Shown here: positions 7,194 through 14,786 of the stretch, in pieces
Numbering within the stretch: position 1 is the stretch's first letter
How the letters are laid out: each line of letters opens with the position of its first letter
Origin: Elusimicrobiota bacterium
GTDB lineage: Bacteria; Elusimicrobiota; Elusimicrobia; F11
NCBI GenBank assembly: GCA_046153645.1
Contig: JBJXGI010000087.1
Location: 1-25,914 of the forward strand
DNA: 25,914 bases
Direction of reading: 5' to 3'
Notes under the pieces: generated by a model
What the model was told of the DNA's origin: nothing
The model's database searches: none
What the model saw: only the letters and a program-made list of their open reading frames with translations
Translations under genes and position numbers: made by a program

Positions 7194-10100
7194 TTACGCT
7201 CCCTTGGCCACAATACGAGCAACTCCCACAACAAGTCCCAAATTACGAATCTGAATCATAGGTTGAACGGACAAAAGATCTTCTAAAACAACAAAATTGG
7301 CTTGATAGAAAAAGGCGCTTGGTAAAATATTTGAAATAGACAAAGACGCCAACACATCTTTTGGAAGGACAAAAATAACCTTATCTAACATTTGAGTCTG
7401 ATGAAGTTCACTTAACAACTCTTCAAACTTAACCTGGTCTAAAACGCCATTATCAAACAAATTCTGTTTAGGTAGTAATTTTAGATTCGTGTTTTTATTC
7501 TTCCGAACAAACTTTTTAAATTCAGTTTTATCTCTTTTATCAATAATTAACTGCGCATCAGGGTGAGATATTTCAGTTAAAGCGAAGTAACGATTTAATT
7601 TTCCTCTATCATTTAACCTGCTTACAACCTGAATCCTTTCTTTCAGGAATTCTTCCTTGGTTATTTTCTTGCCGTTCAAAGTCCCCACAGCACTTGCCAA
7701 GGCTTGCATTTCACTTTTTAAAATATCGTTTTGCGACTCCAAATCTAATCTAAAATAAAGTTCTCGAACCCATGCTTCCAATTCATGGGGAGAGGCCCGC
7801 TTAAAGTTTTCAGTGGTTGAGAATTTTTTGCCTATTTCTTCTCTAATAATATTACCCAACAAAGTGTCTAAAATATCTTCGGTCTTTTTAGCTTGAGGAA
7901 AATGGGCCTTTGGCACCACCAACATCGGCAAAACACCCCATTTGTTGTTTTGAGAATGCATAAAAAATGCCCAACCAAAAGCGACAAAGGGTGATATTGT
8001 TAAAGTTAGCCATGCGACATGTGGAAACAAAATCGGTAAATAGGGAAGAGTAAATAGAAGTGAATAAAACGCTCGAATGGGAAGTCTTCGGAAAATAAAC
8101 TGTCTTAAAGGTACCCGGTCTTCATCGGGCCCGGCAATAAGGTCAATCCAAAAATGAAGGACCGCGTGAATTCCTATATATATCAGGGCCCCCACAATTC
8201 CAAAATTGATGATCGCAACCAACCGAAATCCTTCTTCTATAGCGGGCATGATGTAATTTTTAAACACATTCCCGCCTTTATTTCCAATCCAAGACTGAGA
8301 AAAAGGCAGTTTAAACCATTGGCGAAGCTTAGCTATTGCTCTTAATTCTGTTTTTCTAACTCCTTCATGAGTCATACCTAATTTCTTTCCAATTTCATCA
8401 AGAGTTTCACCCAACTCAAAACGACCTTTCAATGTATATATCTCTTTCTCTGGCAACCTTGATATTAATAGTCTTAGTTGTTCTACTTCATCTGGCCCAA
8501 ATTCCACACCTAATCTCAATGATTTTGGATCTGGAATAATTCTTAAATCATCATCATCTGTTTCTTGCTGAAGACTTCTTATTTTTTTCTCTTCATTTTG
8601 AGCAAACCTTCTTAGTTCATGATGAATTCTAAATTTAACGTAAGTCACAAATCCAAAATTAAAATCCGGATTGAATGTTGCGGCGGCTCTTAACATTTCC
8701 AGTAGTCCATGCTGAATTAAATCGCCACTATCAATAGACATTGTTCTATATCTTTTTGCGACTCTTAAGAGAAAAGGGATATTAGGACCAACCAATTCAA
8801 ATCTCGCTTGGTTATACAGCGTTTCTAATCCAACTGTTTTACCGTCTCCTTTTATTTTATGTCTTACTTCATTTGAATATTCCCACTTATTAAAATTAGT
8901 TATGGCCTGAATCACAAGCCATTGTTCACTTATCTTAAGATCTGGATTATTTTTATTCCATTCTTGAATTATTGTTGCTATTTCAGAAGGAGGAGAATTT
9001 TCTAATTGAGTGTAAACGAAGGTTAACTTTTTAACATCTTCGGGAGATAATATATTCTCTATTTTTATAGCATCATTTAGTTCTCCTGGGTTATCTCCCC
9101 GTAATATTTTTTTTATGATTAATATAGGTGTGTCGGTTCCATTCAAATCCTTTTTCATTCTCTTCAAAAGAATCTTCTTGGCCGAGGGATGGTCCACTAG
9201 AGAAGGAAACATCTCAGAAGCAAGTCTTTGAATCTCTCTAGCAACTCGAGTTTCTTCATTTCTGCTCATTTTTTCACCATAAACCTTGAGAATGGATTGA
9301 AAGAAATCGACGTTGGTAACTACCATCGGCAAAACACCCCATTTGTTGTTCTGAGAGTGAATAAAAAATGCCCAACCAAAAGCGACAAAGGGTGATATTG
9401 TTAAAGTTAACCATGCAACATGAGGGAACAAAATCGGTAAATAGGGAAGAGTAAATAGAAGTGAATAAAACGCTCGGATGGGAAGTCTCCGGAAAATAAA
9501 CTGTCTTAAAGGTACCCCGTCTTCATCGGGCCCGGCAATAAGGTCAATCCAAAAATGAAGGACCGCGTGAATTCCTATATATATCAGGGCCCCCACAAGT
9601 CCATAATTGATGATCGCAACCAACCGGAATCCTTCTTCCATAGCGGGCATAAGGTAATTTTTTGTGACATTTCCCCCTCTATTTCCGATCCAAGATTGAG
9701 GAGAAAATGATTCTTCTAATAATTCCTTAAGCTTTGCTAACGCTTCATTTTTAACCATACCGACTCGAGCCTTTGATAATTTGAGTTCCCTTCCTATCTC
9801 ATCGAGAGTCATCCCACGAAAGAAATACATTTCTACAACTGCTCTTTGTTGACGATTCAATCGATCTAGCTTAGAGCGTATCTGATCGGCATGATCTACA
9901 TCTTTTCTGAAATCTGACTTCGTATCGGATAAAAACTCAAAATCAAATTCGTCTTCTTGGAATTTTTCTCCTACACTTGCCTCTTCATTAAGAAAAGCCT
10001 GAAGTCCACGATGAATTGCAGGCTTGGCATATGAAATAAATTGATAGCCTAAATCTGGTTCATAAGTTGCCGCCGCCTTTCGCATTGCAAGGAATCCCTC

Positions 10101-13100
10101 ATTAATTAATTCTGATATATTCATTTTGGGGTTCGATTTTCGATATTTTTTACAAACTAACAATAGATAACGCATATTAGGCACAGTCAGTTTGAATATG
10201 GCAACTTGGTAGGGTTTTTCTAGGCCTTCTTTCTTGTCGTCGCCTTTAATTTTTTTCACAACCACGTCTGAATATTTCCATTTATTAAGACGAGCTAGCG
10301 AAAAAAACACAATCCACTTTTCACGTATTTTTAAATCATCATTTTTATTATTCCATTCGCGAATAATATTTACCATTTGAGATGCTGTGGCATTTTCTAA
10401 ACGCGCATAAATAAGTTGTAGTTTTTTAATATCTGCGACACTTAAGGGAGGCTTACGATTTGATTTTTCAGGGCTTTTTTTAGCAGAATTTTTTTTAGCA
10501 TTCTTTTTTCTAATTAAAACTGGCCCTTCTTTTCCAGCCAAATCTCTTTTCATTCGGGTTAGCACCGCTTCTTTTGCTTGAGGGTTATCTAAAAGTAAAA
10601 GAAGCATTCGAGATGCACCAGCTTCAATTTTTTCTGTCAGGGCTCTTTCTTCAGCTACAGATAAAATGGGATGGTTGTTGAGAAGCGAAGCAAATTCACT
10701 ACTAGCAACCGACATTATTAAAACGCCCCATTTGTTATTCTCAGAATGCATAAAAAATGCCCAACCAAAAGCTACAAAGGGTGATATTGTTAAAGTTATC
10801 CATGAAATATGAGGGAACAAAATCGGTAAATAAGGAAGGGTAAAAAGTAGTGAATAAAAAGCACGAACCCAAAACCGACGAAAAACAAACTGCCTGAGCG
10901 TTACACGGTCTTCATTATGCCCAGCAATAAAATCGATCCAGAAATGAAGCGCGGCGTGAATAAAGATATAAACCACAGCCCCCATAATTCCGAACTGAAT
11001 AATTGCAAGCAACCGGAACCCTTCTTCTATCGCAGGCATAAGGAAATTTTTTGTGACATTCTCTCCTTTATTTCCTAACCAGGATTGAGAAGAAGCTTGA
11101 AATGCCAATTCTCTCAGTTTGTTTAAAGCAGCATCTTTATTTCGTCTTGCTTTGTTTGCTGAATATCTAAATAGTTTTCCAATTTCACTAAAAGTTTTTT
11201 TCTCAAAACCATTTAAACCAAAAAAATGATTTAAAATTAACCGATCTTCCTCTGATTCTAATTTATCGATAAATTGAATTAGATTATATATGTCGCCTGG
11301 TGAAGAGGGTTGAGTCATCCATTGCCGAAGTTTTCCAAATGCTCTGTCTTTGTTTTGACTAACACCTTCTCTTGAAATATTTAAAATCCTCCCAATCTCC
11401 GCGTCATTATAACCTTGAGAAAAAAGTTCTAAGACCTGTCTTTCTTTCTCTGTTAGTCGTTTCATTAATTCAGCTAATTTTTCTCTATCATCAAAATTAA
11501 CTGCTGTCCCTGGTTCATTCAACCTGGGATCATTTTTATTTCTTAGAATACCTTCGTCTACTTGAGGTGATCTATTTAACAATTCCTGTCTTTTAACCAA
11601 TTTTTGTAATTTATTTTTAATAGAAAATCGAGCATAGGAAACAAATTTAAGTCCTGGTAAAGGCTCAAAAGTTGCCGCAGCCCTTTGCATGGCTATTAAA
11701 CCAACTTGAAGCAATTCATCAGGATCAATATTAGATTTTAGGTATCTTTTATATATTCTTAAAAGAAAAGGAATATTAATGACAACCAGTTTAAATTTGG
11801 CCTTTTCATAAACACTTTCTAATCCCGCTTTTTTTTCGTCACCTTTAATTTTCTGAATAACTTTGTCTGAATATGACCAATCTGAAAAATGAGCCAGCGC
11901 ATGCATCACAATCCATCGCTCAGATATTTTGATATCAGAATTTTCTTGATTCCATTTTCGAATAACACTTGTTATTTCTGAAGATTTGACTGCGAGCAGA
12001 TTAGCCTGGAACACTTGCAACCTGCTAATCTCCGCTGGAGTTAATGGTAATTTTCCACTTGATGAATCGGCTTCTTTTTTATTTCTTTTTTCCAATTTTT
12101 TATCAATTGATACTGGCCCTTTTTTTGCTTTTAAATCTTTTTCCATTTGGTGGAGAACAGCGTCTTTGGCTTTCTCATTAGCTAAAAGAAGCGGCAACAT
12201 TCGACCTACGAGCTTTTCAATTTCTTTGGCGAAATCAGCTTCGGTTTTACCTTCTAATTCTCCAGAATGCTGCTCATAAATTTTCTGAACGTAATTCTTA
12301 TTTTCCAACGACATCGGTAAAACGCCCCATTTATTGTTCACAAAATGAAGAAAAGTGCCTATGCTGAAGGCTTCAAAATGTGAAAAGGTCCAAGTTAACC
12401 ATGACGTATGAGGAAATAAAACTGACAGATAGGGAAGTGTAAAAATAACCGAATAAAACATTCGAACAGGAAACCGTCGGAAAATAAATTGCAATAACGT
12501 TAACTGCTCACCAGAGGGAGAAAACATATCTCTATAAACATGGGCCAACGCATGTAAAACAATAAATACAATCGCGCCCCAGAGGCCTCCATGAGTAATA
12601 ACAAAAAAGCGTGCCAGTTCTTCATAAAAAAAACTTAGCCCTTTTTGCCGCTCGTAAATAACTCTAATAAGTTCTCCTGCTTTATTAAACCAACCACGTA
12701 AAATGCCACGTGGATCTTTGAGAGGATATTTGATTTGAGTTTCACCTTCAGTTCCATTTGATTTTTGAACCAACTGAAATATCCCTTGAACGGGCTCAAA
12801 ATTTTGAGGAATAAGTGAATTGGCTAAAAACAATTTTTCACCTTCAAACAACTGATCAAGCGGTGTTTTTTCTTGCGCAAATACGGTAAGGTAGTGTGAA
12901 CCATTTTGAGTTTCCAATTGAGTTAATTTGGGGGTGTATTGAATAACAATGTAGCCGGCCTCTTTTAAACGCTGGTCGATTCCGCTTGAGTGGAAGCCGC
13001 CTGTCACCAAAACTGCGTTTTGGTAATTTCCAAAATTCAAATTACAATTATCAATTGTCTTTTTTAATTTTGGAGATTTGTTTGGTATTTTATTTTTGGC

Positions 13101-14603
13101 ATTTGATTTTTTAATGCTCTCTAAAAAATGACTTGCCATTTTCTCATCGCGAATATTGGCTTGGATGTAGAAATTTTCGTAAGGACTTAAATCTAATATG
13201 AAATCATGGATCCCCGACCCGCCTGCCAGCCGTCGGGCAGACAGAGACATTCGGGGATGACGACTGAGTGCGTTTTTTAATGACGAATATTCTTCCCATT
13301 CGTCTTTGGTTAATGAGAAAGAAAGCAATTTTCCCATCAACATGATCCGTTTTGATTCTAAGACTAGATGACGTTCTGCTTCATTTTTAACCAGAGAAAA
13401 ACATGTTTTATTTTCTAACTCTTTAAGGTCAGAAAATAATTTTTCGAAGCTCATCTGATCAGTCAAAAGAACATATTGGAGATAAGAATTCATTGAAGGA
13501 AATTGTGAAAGTCGAACCCCCTGTTGACCACAAATGTTTTTTAAATACTCATAAAAGCGGGCGTTTGAAACCTTCCCCAATCGGTAAGCAACACTCATAG
13601 ATGTAAGATCTTTTATTTCAGATTTTTTTAACTTGGCCAATAAAATAGATAACAGCTGTTTCCGTTCTTGCTCGACCAAAGAAAAATTTAGTTGCGACTC
13701 CAAATGAAAAGCTTCAAGGAAATTTTGAATGGCAAAAGAATAAGATGGCGATAGTTGAGTGAGATATTCAATATATTTCCCTAAAGACAAATGATCTTCA
13801 TGATACAACTGAGAATATTCGTCCCATTTATATAACGCGGAATTAAAAACGATTTTTTTCTTTTCCTGTAATTCTTTTTTTAGAGTTTCAAGTTTTTGTT
13901 TGTTTTTATCAGTCGAGGATAATGAATCAAGATAAGCCTTCACGTTGGCTTTATAGTGCGTTTTGTCATCCACACCCATAATAAACGGGGATTTTTTTTG
14001 ATCATTTGAAGGACTGTTTAATAAGCCATAAATAGCGCCAGATATTTTTCCTTCGCGGAGAAGATATTGAGAAACTTTTTGATTGGCACTCTGAGAAAAA
14101 GCGTAAAAAGGAGAAAGATCAATCGGAGAAAAAGCGCCCTCTAACCCCAGCACGTTCACTGTATTTTGGTTGGTGAGAGCTTGCACTGTTTTTCCAATAT
14201 TTTTCTGTGCTTCTAAGTTCATATGAACATCTTGAATATGAACAATAACGCCTTTTGGAAGGGTGCTCTCTGGAACAACTATTTTTTGAATGGTGCCATA
14301 AGCCGGGGATAACGATTCAATGACCGGGTTTAAATGCGACAAGAGTGAGGGTGACATAGAAGAATTTAAAAAGGAAGGTAAAGTGGCTTGAATTTTAGGC
14401 AATTGATTGAGAAGCGGCGTATTATTTAATTCTGCTAAGGAACTCGGAAGCTGCGCTAGTTCCACTGAATTTTTTTTATGTACAGATCGGCGTCGTTCAT
14501 CCCAAACATTGGCTTCTGGTTTATAGGCAAAAGCACATTGAGATGAAAAATAAACTGCGGAAATTAAGACCGCTAAATATCGCATAAACCGTTTTTTAAG
14601 CAT
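7194..14603 (-). CDS. Giant 2469-aa modular protein: signal peptide, TraB/Tiki/ChaN-like domain, and 4 membrane repeats alternating with 3 sigma-70-like modules, plus a C-terminal tail
   Basis: Uninterrupted ORF. N-terminus MLKKRFMRYLAVLISAVYFSSQCAFA. Sigma region 2 motifs (e.g. DLIQHGLLEMLRAAATFNPD..FVTY) occur three times and region 4 HTHs (e.g. TLDEIGKKLGMTHEGVRKTELRAIAKLR) four times. Four hydrophobic repeats each end in NNKWGVL(P/I)M. Confidence 0.88.
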   Translation of the reverse strand: MLKKRFMRYLAVLISAVYFSSQCAFAYKPEANVWDERRRSVHKKNSVELAQLPSSLAELNNTPLLNQLPKIQATLPSFLNSSMSPSLLSHLNPVIESLSPAYGTIQKIVVPESTLPKGVIVHIQDVHMNLEAQKNIGKTVQALTNQNTVNVLGLEGAFSPIDLSPFYAFSQSANQKVSQYLLREGKISGAIYGLLNSPSNDQKKSPFIMGVDDKTHYKANVKAYLDSLSSTDKNKQKLETLKKELQEKKKIVFNSALYKWDEYSQLYHEDHLSLGKYIEYLTQLSPSYSFAIQNFLEAFHLESQLNFSLVEQERKQLLSILLAKLKKSEIKDLTSMSVAYRLGKVSNARFYEYLKNICGQQGVRLSQFPSMNSYLQYVLLTDQMSFEKLFSDLKELENKTCFSLVKNEAERHLVLESKRIMLMGKLLSFSLTKDEWEEYSSLKNALSRHPRMSLSARRLAGGSGIHDFILDLSPYENFYIQANIRDEKMASHFLESIKKSNAKNKIPNKSPKLKKTIDNCNLNFGNYQNAVLVTGGFHSSGIDQRLKEAGYIVIQYTPKLTQLETQNGSHYLTVFAQEKTPLDQLFEGEKLFLANSLIPQNFEPVQGIFQLVQKSNGTEGETQIKYPLKDPRGILRGWFNKAGELIRVIYERQKGLSFFYEELARFFVITHGGLWGAIVFIVLHALAHVYRDMFSPSGEQLTLLQFIFRRFPVRMFYSVIFTLPYLSVLFPHTSWLTWTFSHFEAFSIGTFLHFVNNKWGVLPMSLENKNYVQKIYEQHSGELEGKTEADFAKEIEKLVGRMLPLLLANEKAKDAVLHQMEKDLKAKKGPVSIDKKLEKRNKKEADSSSGKLPLTPAEISRLQVFQANLLAVKSSEITSVIRKWNQENSDIKISERWIVMHALAHFSDWSYSDKVIQKIKGDEKKAGLESVYEKAKFKLVVINIPFLLRIYKRYLKSNIDPDELLQVGLIAMQRAAATFEPLPGLKFVSYARFSIKNKLQKLVKRQELLNRSPQVDEGILRNKNDPRLNEPGTAVNFDDREKLAELMKRLTEKERQVLELFSQGYNDAEIGRILNISREGVSQNKDRAFGKLRQWMTQPSSPGDIYNLIQFIDKLESEEDRLILNHFFGLNGFEKKTFSEIGKLFRYSANKARRNKDAALNKLRELAFQASSQSWLGNKGENVTKNFLMPAIEEGFRLLAIIQFGIMGAVVYIFIHAALHFWIDFIAGHNEDRVTLRQFVFRRFWVRAFYSLLFTLPYLPILFPHISWITLTISPFVAFGWAFFMHSENNKWGVLIMSVASSEFASLLNNHPILSVAEERALTEKIEAGASRMLLLLLDNPQAKEAVLTRMKRDLAGKEGPVLIRKKNAKKNSAKKSPEKSNRKPPLSVADIKKLQLIYARLENATASQMVNIIREWNNKNDDLKIREKWIVFFSLARLNKWKYSDVVVKKIKGDDKKEGLEKPYQVAIFKLTVPNMRYLLLVCKKYRKSNPKMNISELINEGFLAMRKAAATYEPDLGYQFISYAKPAIHRGLQAFLNEEASVGEKFQEDEFDFEFLSDTKSDFRKDVDHADQIRSKLDRLNRQQRAVVEMYFFRGMTLDEIGRELKLSKARVGMVKNEALAKLKELLEESFSPQSWIGNRGGNVTKNYLMPAMEEGFRLVAIINYGLVGALIYIGIHAVLHFWIDLIAGPDEDGVPLRQFIFRRLPIRAFYSLLFTLPYLPILFPHVAWLTLTISPFVAFGWAFFIHSQNNKWGVLPMVVTNVDFFQSILKVYGEKMSRNEETRVAREIQRLASEMFPSLVDHPSAKKILLKRMKKDLNGTDTPILIIKKILRGDNPGELNDAIKIENILSPEDVKKLTFVYTQLENSPPSEIATIIQEWNKNNPDLKISEQWLVIQAITNFNKWEYSNEVRHKIKGDGKTVGLETLYNQARFELVGPNIPFLLRVAKRYRTMSIDSGDLIQHGLLEMLRAAATFNPDFNFGFVTYVKFRIHHELRRFAQNEEKKIRSLQQETDDDDLRIIPDPKSLRLGVEFGPDEVEQLRLLISRLPEKEIYTLKGRFELGETLDEIGKKLGMTHEGVRKTELRAIAKLRQWFKLPFSQSWIGNKGGNVFKNYIMPAIEEGFRLVAIINFGIVGALIYIGIHAVLHFWIDLIAGPDEDRVPLRQFIFRRLPIRAFYSLLFTLPYLPILFPHVAWLTLTISPFVAFGWAFFMHSQNNKWGVLPMLVVPKAHFPQAKKTEDILDTLLGNIIREEIGKKFSTTENFKRASPHELEAWVRELYFRLDLESQNDILKSEMQALASAVGTLNGKKITKEEFLKERIQVVSRLNDRGKLNRYFALTEISHPDAQLIIDKRDKTEFKKFVRKNKNTNLKLLPKQNLFDNGVLDQVKFEELLSELHQTQMLDKVIFVLPKDVLASLSISNILPSAFFYQANFVVLEDLLSVQPMIQIRNLGLVVGVARIVAKGA
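7923..8300 (-). repeat. Membrane repeat copy 4 (aa 2102-2227)
   Basis: 378 bp with about 26 mismatches to copy 3 by manual count (~93% identity). Confidence 0.92.
9324..9701 (-). repeat. Membrane repeat copy 3 (aa 1635-1760)
   Basis: PQSWIGNRGGN...MEEGFRL...HAVLH...HSQNNKWGVLPM. Confidence 0.92.
10713..11090 (-). repeat. Membrane repeat copy 2 (aa 1172-1297)
   Basis: SQSWLGNKGEN...IEEGFRL...HAALH...HSENNKWGVLIM. Same length as copies 3 and 4. Confidence 0.9.
12312..12640 (-). repeat. Membrane repeat copy 1 (aa ~655-764, most divergent)
   Basis: YEELARF...FIVLHALAH...FTLPYL..LFPH...HFVNNKWGVLPM. Confidence 0.85.
13025..13110. repeat. AT-rich palindromic element inserted in-frame in the giant gene
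   Basis: TCCAAAATT (13029-13037) and AATTTTGGA (13066-13074) form an inverted pair. Bases 13066-13090 match 17120-17143. Confidence 0.6.
13207..13261. repeat. GC-rich REP-like nested hairpin inside the giant gene
   Basis: Outer stem ATCCCCGA (13210-13217) / TCGGGGAT (13251-13258). Inner stem CTGCC / GGCAG. Confidence 0.7.
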
Positions 14604-14786
14604 AAACCATTATATTGAGGTTTAATTAAAATCACCTTTGATTAATAACCTCTTTTACTTTAACCCACTCCATTTTCATCCCCTCTGATGAATATCCTAT
14701 GCATTTATTGATGTATTTATCATATTGTTTTCGTATTAATTTCCCCTTAACAACTGGTAAATCTTTTGTAACATTTTGACCCTTTT

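Noticed and set aside
8154..12279. Antisense ORFs 8154-8345 and 11986-12279, and similar short shadow ORFs elsewhere
   Set aside because: They lie opposite or within well-supported genes and lack protein-like features.
7194..14603. Giant ORF as a read-through of separate genes or an alternative genetic code artefact
   Set aside because: No internal stops under the standard code, and neighbouring genes end normally at TAA, TAG and TGA. Misassembly across the repeats is not excluded without reads.
14675..14692. TTCATC-N6-GATGAA palindrome in the giant gene/lipA divergent region
   Set aside because: A single 6-bp inverted pair in AT-rich DNA. It could be an operator but is unsupported.
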